Assembly (NCBI RefSeq): GCF_017876815.1
Contig: NZ_JAGIOS010000003.1
Span: 1,380,001 to 1,412,000, forward strand
Reading direction: 5' to 3'
DNA length: 32,000 nucleotides
Origin: Sinorhizobium meliloti
GTDB lineage: Bacteria; Pseudomonadota; Alphaproteobacteria; Rhizobiales; Rhizobiaceae
Below the pieces are notes generated by a model. That model made no database searches. It worked only from the letters and a program-made list of their open reading frames with translations, and was not told the DNA's origin. The first letter of the stretch is position 1. Every line of letters starts with the position of its first letter. A program made the translations under genes and the position numbers. Positions 15,926 to 24,380 of this stretch are shown in pieces.

Positions 15926-17404
15926 CTAAATGGCCTTCTCAATGTCAGGCAGGCGCCACGACTTGTCGAAATATGGCTCAAGCGGACCGAACAAGCGGAA
16001 ATACACAAACCAAGCCTTACCTGGCGTTGTCGGTATCCAGTTCTGCTCCAGGCCTTCCGGAGTCTGCGGTCCCATAACAATCTCAATCGAGCCGTCGTCC
16101 TGGACCTTAAGCTTTTGCCGTGAGGAACGATCCACGATCTGTTGCTTGTTCTGAATGAGACCGCGCGTCTCGGTGTCGTAGAGCGTGATCGACCAAAAGG
16201 TCTTGGCGGGGACATTGGCTGGAACCCGCAACCGGTAAGATTTTGCGCCGTCGAAAGCGTGTCCGTCGGGATCACTGTAGGCGGTGAGGTATGCCGAGCC
16301 AGTTCCGGGTGTCTTGGTGAGAACGGCGGCGGAAGTGCCTGTGACCTCGTAGAAGAACGCCGTACGTTGATCAAGCAGAGTACCATCCGGCCCGTCCTGT
16401 TCGTTGACAAAGTCCTGAGGGATCAAATATTCCCAATGCGTATCCTCCCTATAGCGCATCCCTGGAATGCGCTTGCTGAAAGCACTGGCCTTCGCCATCG
16501 CTTCGCCGAGGTTCGCAGCGTTGTCAAGTAGCTCTGTCTGCCGGTCGTTCGGAGAGAACGATCCGCCATAGGTAACGCCGAGCGGCTTCAACATAGCGGC
16601 AAAGAAGCGGTCTCGATCCTCGATCTGCTCACCATCCAGCGCCTGAATCAACGACTGCCAGTATGCGAGGCCTTTAGGATGAGCCATGCTGGTCAACTGG
16701 CCCTCCGTCTTGAATCTAAGAAGCGCGGTCACTCCATTCCCTGTGGCGCCAAGCGGATAGACCTGAGTCTTAGAGAAAACAGCCTCGACCTTCTTGAGGT
16801 CACTATCGAGGCCCCGGCAGAACATCAGGACTTTGTTGGTGCGGGAACGCAGCAGTTTTGCGCCAGCGGGGGGATTTTCCGGCGCTTCATGCGCCGGACC
16901 AACCACTACGAATTTCGCTCCCTTGCCGCCATCTGGGCCCGAAACGCCGACATCAATGAGCGGACGATCCCACCAGTCGATCAGTGAACCGGCCGTGGCG
17001 CCTTCGGGATAGTCGATGACAATCGGTCCTTCTGTAAGATCAAACCACGCGAACACATAGGGCGTCGTCACATTCGACCCGAGCATGACGCTGACGTCCC
17101 GATACCCGGCAACAAGCACGAGATCGCCGCTCCTCGCTTCGGCGTTGTCGACAAGCATCCGGCGCGCACCTTCCATTCCGACGATCGGAACCGCCCAGAG
17201 ATAGCCCTGCACTGCGCGTTGGAAATCCATCGTATCATAGAGCTTCTCGACCGTATCTGGCGTTGGAATTCCGAGGTCGAACTCCAGATCGGCACCCTGC
17301 GGGACGGCTTTGGCGGTAGCATCGTGTGCCGTCGCCGCGCTAGGGCCTCCAACAATTGCAGCAGACGAAGCCATCTTAAGTGCGTCCCTCCGAGTGATTT
17401 CCAT
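15926..17404 (-). CDS. DUF1254/DUF1214 domain protein with twin-arginine (Tat) signal
   Basis: MEITRRDALKMASSAAIVGGPSAATA is a Tat-type signal. ..QGYLWAVPIVGMEG.. is DUF1254-like and ..NVPAKTFWSITLYDTETRGLI.. is DUF1214-like. SD AGGAG lies 8 nt upstream. The product is 492 aa. Confidence 0.85.
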   Translation of the reverse strand: MEITRRDALKMASSAAIVGGPSAATAHDATAKAVPQGADLEFDLGIPTPDTVEKLYDTMDFQRAVQGYLWAVPIVGMEGARRMLVDNAEARSGDLVLVAGYRDVSVMLGSNVTTPYVFAWFDLTEGPIVIDYPEGATAGSLIDWWDRPLIDVGVSGPDGGKGAKFVVVGPAHEAPENPPAGAKLLRSRTNKVLMFCRGLDSDLKKVEAVFSKTQVYPLGATGNGVTALLRFKTEGQLTSMAHPKGLAYWQSLIQALDGEQIEDRDRFFAAMLKPLGVTYGGSFSPNDRQTELLDNAANLGEAMAKASAFSKRIPGMRYREDTHWEYLIPQDFVNEQDGPDGTLLDQRTAFFYEVTGTSAAVLTKTPGTGSAYLTAYSDPDGHAFDGAKSYRLRVPANVPAKTFWSITLYDTETRGLIQNKQQIVDRSSRQKLKVQDDGSIEIVMGPQTPEGLEQNWIPTTPGKAWFVYFRLFGPLEPYFDKSWRLPDIEKAI

Positions 17405-17555
17405 CGAATAATACTCCTAGTGTTCGATTTTCTGTACCTTTACAACAGACATGCTGTCACCATGGTGTCAGCATAGGCAGCCATAAGCGATCGATTAGTT
17501 GAACGGCCTCACGACGTGAGGTCGGCCCATCTCACTGGGAAGCAAAAGGGACGTT

Positions 17556-18281
17556 ATGCGTAGAGCAGACAGACTACTTCAGATCATACAGATCCTACGC
17601 CGCGAACGCAGACCGATCAGTGGCCGCATCATCGCGTCGGAACTGGAGGTGTCCTTGCGAACGATTTACCGCGATATCGCGGCGCTGGAAGCATCCGGCG
17701 TGCCGATTTTGGGCGAGCCGAGCGTCGGGTACGTGCTGCAGGATGGCTACGATCTGCCACCACTGATGTTTTCGACGGACGAGTTGGAGATCGTCATGCT
17801 GGGATTACGCATGGTCGGAGCGCGGGGAGACATAGAAATCAATACCACAGCGCGCGACGTTGTCGCCAAGATCGCTGCCATTTTGCCGGATGCAAAGCGT
17901 TCTGAATTCTTGAACGCCCCCTTACTTGCGCCTGGGCCGGAGGTCTTACCGGAGGACGGCCCCGTGCTGCTCCAATTGCGAGGTGCGATGAAGGCTAATC
18001 GCAAGGTAGAAATACTGTACCACGCCGCGGACCGTGAGCCTGGGCGGCGCGTTATTTGGCCAATCGTTATTGCATTCTTCGATCGCGTCCGGGTGCTCGC
18101 CGCGTGGTGCGAGCTTCGGGAAGCGTATCGGTATTTCCGGACCGATAGAATGCTAGAAGTCAATATGCTTCCTGCGAAGATCCATCGCTCGCGAAAGCGG
18201 ATCTACGCGGACTGGTGGCATCATGAAAAAATTGAACAAAGGTTAGGTATCGACGGCATGGGTGTTGTCCCTCGCGCCTAG
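17556..18281 (+). CDS. YafY-family transcriptional regulator (HTH + WYL domain)
   Basis: MRRADRLLQIIQILRRERRPISGRIIASELEVSLRTIYRDIAALEASGVPI is an HTH_11/DeoR-type N-terminus. ..RKVEILYHAADREPGRRVIWPIVIAFFDRVRVLAAWCELREAYRYFRTDRM is a WYL domain. SD AAGGGA is present. Confidence 0.9.
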   Translation: MRRADRLLQIIQILRRERRPISGRIIASELEVSLRTIYRDIAALEASGVPILGEPSVGYVLQDGYDLPPLMFSTDELEIVMLGLRMVGARGDIEINTTARDVVAKIAAILPDAKRSEFLNAPLLAPGPEVLPEDGPVLLQLRGAMKANRKVEILYHAADREPGRRVIWPIVIAFFDRVRVLAAWCELREAYRYFRTDRMLEVNMLPAKIHRSRKRIYADWWHHEKIEQRLGIDGMGVVPRA

Positions 18282-18342
18282 CGCCAAAATGCTGCGCCGC
18301 AGTTTTGTGTCACGACCGATTTGGATTGATTAGGCGGGAAAG

Positions 18343-18657
18343 TTACAGCCCGTTTGGGCGTTCAGAGCCATCAGGGGACCTTGCCGGACGAGAACGCGAG
18401 TGTCGTTGTTTCCAGCGCCGGCGATCCTCTGGACGCTCACACCACGCAAAATTGCGCGGCAGGTCCTCGCGGATGTGCTCAAGAATCGTGTCGATGTTTT
18501 TCAGCGTTGTTTCGCGGTCATGGATCGACAGATAGGTCAGGTCGAAACCGAGTGCCGCGGCATGTTGCGGTAGAAGAGGTTGACACCCCAACCAAATGAA
18601 ATCATTGGTACAGCAATCTCTAATCAAATACCAAGCGACACCAGCGTCGAACGACAT
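18343..18657 (-). CDS. hypothetical protein (possibly frameshifted at its 3' end)
   Basis: MSFDAGVAWYLIRDCCTNDFIWLGCQPLLPQHAAALGFDLTYLSIHDRETTLKNIDTILEHIREDLPRNFAW is protein-like and has SD GAGGAG. The last ~30 codons are Arg-rich junk, whereas a shifted frame reads more plausibly (GVSVQRIAGAGNNDTRVLVRQGPLMALNAQ). Confidence 0.4.
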   Translation of the reverse strand: MSFDAGVAWYLIRDCCTNDFIWLGCQPLLPQHAAALGFDLTYLSIHDRETTLKNIDTILEHIREDLPRNFAWCERPEDRRRWKQRHSRSRPARSPDGSERPNGL

Positions 18658-18725
18658 CAACCGGCACTCCTCGAAAGCGCACCCTCGCGCACGCGATCGC
18701 GCACAATTCGGAGGTTGGGAACTAG

Positions 18726-18884
18726 GATCGAAAGCAGGCCGGGACTGTCGACAATTCGATCTCCGTCGACGAGCTTGCCACGCTGGACGTAGACAACAAG
18801 CGCCTCAAGCGGTTACTGGCTGAACAGCTTCGTGCACAGAACCTTCGGCTGAAGAAGATGCTGTCACGATTTGACGCCGAATAG
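18726..18884 (+). pseudogene. C-terminal remnant of a SyrB-like coiled-coil protein
   Basis: This open frame has no start codon: ..VDELATLDVDNKRLKRLLAEQLRAQNLRLKKMLSRFDAE*. It is collinear with the C-termini of 14068-14676 and 15046-15501. Confidence 0.6.
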
Positions 18885-19085
18885 CGAGGCCGCAACACTG
18901 GCCTCGGCGCAAAGAAACCCGCTGGCGTCACCGCCGTGTCGTCGTGGCGTTACACTACTGAAGGGGGTGCGGCTACTTTGAGCCAATCGGACGCGTCTGG
19001 CATCAGCCCACCGCACCACCGAACATGGCGACCCGCCGCAGGGTCCGAACGAACTCAATATCAGAGGCAGGCACGCCTTCAGAGA

Positions 19086-19337
19086 TCAAGAGAGCGGTTG
19101 GGGCATGTAGCCACGGGCTCGCTTCTGGCGAGCCAAGAAAAGGAAGTGGCTGATCGCTTGGAGGTCATCCTCAAACAAATCAATGCGCTCCTGACCGCGA
19201 GTGCCGATGCGACCCCAGCGACGGACCAGCGCGGAGCCGCCGAAGAGATCCGGTTCGATCGACATGGCGTAAAAGCGTGCCATGTTTTTAGTGGTGTCGA
19301 TTCGTTGAGCATATAAGCGGAACCAGTGCTGGGTCAT
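19086..19337 (-). CDS. stand-alone WGR-domain protein
   Basis: The 83-aa product contains NMARFYAMSIEPDLFGGSALVRRWGRIGTRGQERIDLF, including the eponymous W-G-R motif. Confidence 0.85.
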   Translation of the reverse strand: MTQHWFRLYAQRIDTTKNMARFYAMSIEPDLFGGSALVRRWGRIGTRGQERIDLFEDDLQAISHFLFLARQKRARGYMPQPLS

Positions 19338-19770
19338 GCCCTCAAGATTCGTCGCTTAAGGTCCAGCTGTCCAACAACATTTATGAATCTATGATCGCCA
19401 AACGATTCATGAATTTGATGCGACGCTCGGGGAGTCGGCGCCACTCCGCTGTACGACTCCCTTCTCGCTCAGTGCTTTGTGGCGTGTGTGATGCCGTTTC
19501 GTCGCGCTGGGCGAACTTCAGTAGGGCCTGCAAAGACGACCCGAATAGAAGAGTTCCGGCGCACTCCCGTTTTCCACTCCGCCCAAAGGGGCGGAGCGAA
19601 GCAGGCGGAGGCCTGAACGCGCTTTCAATTTGCGCCGAAGAGAAGGCCGGAGATGGGGTATTCGGCTTGAGCCAGCCTCCGAACGACGGAGTGAATGTGC
19701 TGTCCCTCGAGCTGAAGGTGTAACGTGGCCCTATTGGACCTAACCACGAACCTCACGAAAGGACGCGCAG

Positions 19771-19778
19771 CATGAAAT
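19771..19778. repeat. left copy of the 8-bp target-site duplication CATGAAAT of the IS66 element
   Basis: It is identical to 22477-22484, which directly abuts the other IS66 end. Confidence 0.85.
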
Positions 19779-19867
19779 GTAAGCGCCGTCTCCGCCCCAT
19801 TGGATAGGCTGTATTTTGAGGCTGGCTGGGCGTGCGAGAAGGTTTCCAGGACTATCTGGAGATTTGC

Positions 19868-20314
19868 ATGGCAGATGATGGATTTGTTGGGCGCTACGAA
19901 GTTGTCGAGCCGCGCCGCGGAAACCGGCGTTGGCCCGATGATGTGAAGGCGCGGATTGTCGCGGAGAGCCTTGAGCCGGGTGTTCGAGTTGTTGATGTCG
20001 CGCGCCGTCATGACGTTGTTCCGCACCAGCTTTCCTTCTGGCGTCGGCAAGCGCGCGAGGGCATTTTGGCGCTGCCTTTTGAGTCTATGCCGGGCCTATC
20101 GGAGAGCGGCGATGCCGAGCCTGCATTTGTGCCTTTGGCGATTGCGGCAGAGCCGAGCGAGGCTGTGAATGTTTTGGCGCCGCTGAAACTGCGGGAGGCG
20201 GTTTCGTCAGTCTTGACGCTCACGATCGGCCCGGACGTTGTGATGCGGGTTCCCGGCGATGTATCGGTTGAACGTGTGGCGGCCCTGGTGCGCGCCATTC
20301 GAGGGACGGCATGA
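19868..20314 (+). CDS. tnpA: IS66 accessory protein TnpA (OrfA)
   Basis: RRWPDDVKARIVAESLEPGVRVVDVARRHDVVPHQLSFWRRQAREG is a typical IS66 OrfA HTH. The stop overlaps the tnpB start (ATGA). Confidence 0.85.
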   Translation: MADDGFVGRYEVVEPRRGNRRWPDDVKARIVAESLEPGVRVVDVARRHDVVPHQLSFWRRQAREGILALPFESMPGLSESGDAEPAFVPLAIAAEPSEAVNVLAPLKLREAVSSVLTLTIGPDVVMRVPGDVSVERVAALVRAIRGTA

Positions 20315-20664
20315 TCGTCGCGGGCCAACGACTGCCGATCCTGGTTGCAACGCGGCCGGTGGACTTCCGCTGTGGGCATCAGGCGCTGGCTCTGATGATG
20401 CAGACCGAGTTGAAGCTCGACCCGCATTCCGGGGTGACGGTGATCTTCCGGTCGAAGCGCGGTGATCGTCTGAAAATCCTGGTATGGGATGGCACCGGCA
20501 TGGTGCTAACCTACAAAATTCTTGAACATGGAAGCTTTGCCTGGCCCAAGGTGCAGGATGGGACGATGCGTCTTTCCAGGGGGCAATACGAAGCTTTGTT
20601 CGAAGGTCTTGATTGGCGACGGGTCATGGCGCAACGGGTGACCGCGCCGTCGGCGGCAGGGTAA
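20311..20664 (+). CDS. tnpB: IS66 accessory protein TnpB (OrfB)
   Basis: ILVATRPVDFRCGHQALALMMQTELKLDPHSGVTVIFRSKRGDRLKILVWDGTGMVLTYKILE...FAWP is highly typical of IS66 OrfB. Confidence 0.9.
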   Translation: MIVAGQRLPILVATRPVDFRCGHQALALMMQTELKLDPHSGVTVIFRSKRGDRLKILVWDGTGMVLTYKILEHGSFAWPKVQDGTMRLSRGQYEALFEGLDWRRVMAQRVTAPSAAG

Positions 20665-20726
20665 ATATACGGCTGCCTTTGCATTGTTTTATTTGGCTTT
20701 TTTGTGCTGCCTTGCTATAAGGCCGC

Positions 20727-22379
20727 ATGTCGTCACCCCTTGATCTCAGCCTGTTTCCGAACCTTCCGCCCGAGGTGGTGAAGGCGTTTGCGGCGATGCA
20801 GTTCGAGCTGTCGGTCGAGCGTGCTGCACGTCAGCATGAGCAGGCTGTGGTTGCCGAAAAGGATGCGTTCATCGCCGAGCTGAAGGAACTGGTCGAGAAG
20901 CTTGAAGGTCAGGTTCACGACTATCGGCGCACGAAGTTCGGGCCGAAATCGGAAAAGCTCGATCCGGCGCAGATGGAACTGGCGCTGGAAGACCTTGAAA
21001 CGGCAATTGCCGAAACACAGGCGCGGATTGCCGCCGTCGAGAAAAAGATCGAAGCCAGCGCATCTGATCCGGAAAAAGTCGCTCCTCGCAAGGAGCGTAA
21101 GGCCCGTGCACTGCCCGAACATTTGCCGCGGGTCGAGCGGGTGATCGAGCCTGAGAGCATCGTTTGTCCCTGCGGTTGCGGCAACATGGTCCGGATCGGC
21201 GAAGACCGGACGGAACGGCTCGACCGGATTCCGGCGCGCTACGAGGTGATCGTCACGATCCGCCCGAAATACGCCTGCCCCAAGGGTCGAACGGGCATCG
21301 TCCAGGCCAGAGCGCCGGCGCATCTCTTAGAAGGGAGCTGGCCGACCGAAGCCCTTCTGGCTGAGATTGCCGTCTCCAAGCATTCCGAACATATGCCGCT
21401 CAACCGGCAGGCCGAGGTCATGGCGCGACACGGGGTGCCGATAGACCGCACCGTCCTGGCCGATTGGATGGGCAGGACGGGTGCTGCGATCGCGCCGGTG
21501 GTCGACCATATGGCCAAACGGCTGCTGTGGGAAAGCACGCGGCTTTATGTCGACGAGACAACGGCTCCGGTGCTTGATCCGGGGCGAGGCAAAACGAAGA
21601 CCGGTTATCTATGGGCCGTGTTGCGTGACGATCGCGGCTGGAATGGCTCTGCGCCGCCAGGCGTGGTGTTCCATTACCGGCCCGGGCGTAAAGGCGAATA
21701 TGCCGCTGAAATCCTCGACGGGTTTAACGGGACAATCCAAGTGGATGCCTACGGTGGTTACTCTCACCTCGCCACGTCGGACCGGGTGGGTGGCGATCCC
21801 TTGAGGCTGGCTTTCTGTTGGGCGCACGGGCGCAGAAAGCTGATCAAGGCCACGCCAAAGAGTGGATCGCCCATCGTCGACGAGGCGCTGGTGCGGATCG
21901 CCGCGCTCTACAAGATCGAAGACAGCATCCGTGGCTCAGATCCCGAACATCGCCGGGCAGTTCGACAGGAGCTGTCCCTCCCGCTGGTGGACGCGTTCTT
22001 CACCTGGCTGGCAGCGCAAGCCAAGCGCATCTCACGCAAGTCTGACCTCGGAAAAGCCCTGGCCTATATGCTAACGCGGCAGGACGGCTTCCGGCTGTAC
22101 CTGGACGACGGCCACGTCGATATCGACTCCAACCTGGTGGAAAACGCGATCCGCCGACCCGCCATGAACCGCCGCAATGCGCTCTTTGCGGGGCACGATG
22201 AAGGGGGCCGCAATTGGGCCCGGTTTGCCAGCCTGATCGGCACTTGTAAAATGAACGGCGTTGAGCCCTACGCCTATCTGTGCAACCTCTTCACCCGCCT
22301 CGCAAACGGCCACCTCGCCAAAGACATCGATGCCCTGATGCCATGGGCCTATGCCGCTCGCATCCAGGCCTCACAATGA
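20727..22379 (+). CDS. tnpC: IS66-family transposase TnpC
   Basis: The 550-aa product has an N-terminal coiled coil, the zinc motif CPCGCG....KYACP, and the DDE region ...LYVDETTAPVLDPGRGKTKTGYLWA....VDAYGGY...CWAHGRRKL. Confidence 0.95.
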   Translation: MSSPLDLSLFPNLPPEVVKAFAAMQFELSVERAARQHEQAVVAEKDAFIAELKELVEKLEGQVHDYRRTKFGPKSEKLDPAQMELALEDLETAIAETQARIAAVEKKIEASASDPEKVAPRKERKARALPEHLPRVERVIEPESIVCPCGCGNMVRIGEDRTERLDRIPARYEVIVTIRPKYACPKGRTGIVQARAPAHLLEGSWPTEALLAEIAVSKHSEHMPLNRQAEVMARHGVPIDRTVLADWMGRTGAAIAPVVDHMAKRLLWESTRLYVDETTAPVLDPGRGKTKTGYLWAVLRDDRGWNGSAPPGVVFHYRPGRKGEYAAEILDGFNGTIQVDAYGGYSHLATSDRVGGDPLRLAFCWAHGRRKLIKATPKSGSPIVDEALVRIAALYKIEDSIRGSDPEHRRAVRQELSLPLVDAFFTWLAAQAKRISRKSDLGKALAYMLTRQDGFRLYLDDGHVDIDSNLVENAIRRPAMNRRNALFAGHDEGGRNWARFASLIGTCKMNGVEPYAYLCNLFTRLANGHLAKDIDALMPWAYAARIQASQ

Positions 22380-22477
22380 GCTCGTCAGATACTCTTCGGT
22401 GAGCTCATTTGACGGCCCGTCGATCAACCTCAGATCGCCGCAACTGAATAATCGATGGGGCGTGGACGCCGCATACC

Positions 22478-23515
22478 ATGAAATATTATGCCGGACTCGA
22501 TGTGTCGGTGAAAGAGACCTCCATTTGCATTGTTGATCAAACGGGCAAAATCTGCCGCGAGGTGAAAGTCACCAGCCATCCCGACGATCTCATCGCGGTA
22601 CTTAAGGATCCTGCCTGGAACATGGAGCGGATCGGGCTTGAGGCCGGGCCCCTGTCGCAATGGCTGTTTGAAGGTCTTGCCAGGGCCGGCCTACCCGTGA
22701 TCTGCATCGAGACCCGCCACACCAAGGCGTTTCTAAAAGCGCAACCGAGCAAGAGCGACCGCAACGACGCGCGCGGCATCGCGCAGATGATGCGCGTGCA
22801 CTTGTATCGGGCGGTGCATGTGAAGACGCTGACCAGCCAGAAGCGTCGAGCGCTGCTGACGGCGCGCAAGCTCTTGCAGGACAAAGCAATCGCCATTGAG
22901 AACGACCTGCGCGGGCTGCTGCGCAACTTTGGGCTCAAGGTCGGCGTGGTCGGATCCGCGAAGTTCGAGGCGCGCATTCGCGAGCTCGTCGAGGGCACCC
23001 TTAACCTGGTCGAGATTGTCGAGCCCTTGCTTGACGCGCGCCGGAATCTGCGGGAGCACTTTGCGACCCTGCATCGGAAGCTTTTGATGATCGCGCGGGA
23101 CGATGAGGTCTGCCCACTGCTGATGACGATCCCGGGTGTAGGTCCTGTTGTTGCTGTGGCCTATACCGCGACAATCGACATCCCTCAGCGGTTCAAAAAC
23201 TCCAAGGCAGTGGGACCAATCCTGGGACTGACGCCAGTGCTCAACCAGTCCGGTGAGAGTCACCGCGTCGGCCGCGTCTCCCTGTGCGGCGACGGCATGA
23301 TGCGAACCTTGCTTTACGACGCTGCACAGGTTCTTCTCAATCGGGTGGCAAAGTGGTCGTGGCTGAAGGCATGGGCGATGAGCGTCGCCAAACGGCGCGG
23401 CCTGCAAAAAGCCATGGTGGCGCTGGCCCGCCGTCTGGCGGTGATCATGCATCGCATGTGGAGCGACGGCACTGAATTCTGCTGGTCCAGGGAGAAACTC
23501 CCAGCCGGCGCCTGA
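22478..23515 (+). CDS. IS110-family (DEDD) transposase/recombinase
   Basis: MKYYAGLDVSVKETSICIVDQTGKI... is the N-terminal RuvC-like DEDD domain (GLDVS..ET). KSDRNDARGIAQ and the C-terminal LMTIPGVGPVVAVAY...SGES.RVGR.S..GD..MR.LLY.AA are typical of the family. The start codon lies inside the IS66 target duplication. Confidence 0.9.
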   Translation: MKYYAGLDVSVKETSICIVDQTGKICREVKVTSHPDDLIAVLKDPAWNMERIGLEAGPLSQWLFEGLARAGLPVICIETRHTKAFLKAQPSKSDRNDARGIAQMMRVHLYRAVHVKTLTSQKRRALLTARKLLQDKAIAIENDLRGLLRNFGLKVGVVGSAKFEARIRELVEGTLNLVEIVEPLLDARRNLREHFATLHRKLLMIARDDEVCPLLMTIPGVGPVVAVAYTATIDIPQRFKNSKAVGPILGLTPVLNQSGESHRVGRVSLCGDGMMRTLLYDAAQVLLNRVAKWSWLKAWAMSVAKRRGLQKAMVALARRLAVIMHRMWSDGTEFCWSREKLPAGA

Positions 23516-23881
23516 CTGGCATTCGCAATCGAGATCGCCGCCGAGGCTGTACGCATACGGTCGCCGGCGGAAAGATGTCCCTTGCGGGACGGAGGATAGG
23601 CGAGTTCGCACCACAGGCTGTTCCCGGGCCATTGTCCTGGCTTGAGGGACGCGCCGGAGATTGTTCCGCTTGTTCCATCTGATCCCATCGTGGAAGGGCC
23701 AGCGAGTGCCGATTCCGGAGAGAAGCGCGAGCCCGTAAGGACACATCTGTAGATGTCGATGACATAAGCTGGAAGTGCTTGACCTCGACACGCCGAATAG
23801 AGAAGCCTGTGGTAAACGGGAGTGGGGCGGCTGCCGCTTTTCACTGCCTCCCAGCCCTGACTTGAAAAGGAGGTGCGCCGC

Positions 23882-24379
23882 CTAGCGCCCTTCGCTCATG
23901 CTGGTGGCGACAGCGTCGGCGGCTGGTTCTGCTGGGGTCATGCGTCTCAGAAGCCGGATCAGATCGCGCATCGTGTCTTGAGGCAATTGTTCGACGAGCT
24001 TCATCAATGTTTGGCGGTCTTCTGCTTCCTCGAGCGTCTTGCCCCACAAGTGCGGCGCTGTGTCAAAAATCACATCGAGAGGCATAAAGCCCATGATCTC
24101 ACAGAGATGTATCAGGCGCGGGATCGACAGCCGAGCTTCTGAGCCTCGCTCGTACCTTCCGTAGACAGATACGGAGAGCCCTAGCAAATGCGCTAGATCG
24201 GCGCGGGAGATACCCTTGGCTTCGCGCGTTTTCTTGAGCCAGGCCGAAATCTTTTCGTCCATCTCCTTTGCGGTAAGGGTGCCGTCGAAACCCGGCTGGC
24301 GGAAGACCGGCCTGTCAAATTCCGGATCGGTTATTTCAACCAAACCCCGCCCGCTCATTAAACTCATTGCATCGGTCAC
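23882..24379 (-). CDS. XRE-family HTH transcriptional regulator
   Basis: KKTREAKGISRADLAHLLGLSVSVYGRYERG is a Cro/C1-type HTH. The product is 165 aa. A decayed paralogous 5' end occurs near 26040-26110. Confidence 0.8.
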   Translation of the reverse strand: MTDAMSLMSGRGLVEITDPEFDRPVFRQPGFDGTLTAKEMDEKISAWLKKTREAKGISRADLAHLLGLSVSVYGRYERGSEARLSIPRLIHLCEIMGFMPLDVIFDTAPHLWGKTLEEAEDRQTLMKLVEQLPQDTMRDLIRLLRRMTPAEPAADAVATSMSEGR

Positions 24380-24380
24380 G

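Larger units (their letters stand above)
19779..22476 (+). mobile_element. IS66-family insertion sequence (tnpA-tnpB-tnpC)
   Basis: The terminal IRs are GTAAGCGCCGTCTCCGCCCCAT (19779-19800) and the reverse complement of 22455-22476 (GTATGCGGCGTCCACGCCCCAT), matching 18/22. It has the GTAAGCG-type IS66 end, an 8-bp direct repeat, and three canonical ORFs. The length is 2698 bp. Confidence 0.9.

Noticed and set aside
20733-21323. 196-aa minus-strand ORF, plus several shorter ones, inside IS66 tnpC
   Set aside because: These are antisense to a canonical IS66 transposase and represent the open antisense frame of a GC-rich gene.
22733-23791. 352-aa ORF on the minus strand
   Set aside because: It lies antisense to the well-supported IS110-family transposase. 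It is Arg/Pro/Ala-rich, has no SD, and is a typical high-GC antisense artefact.
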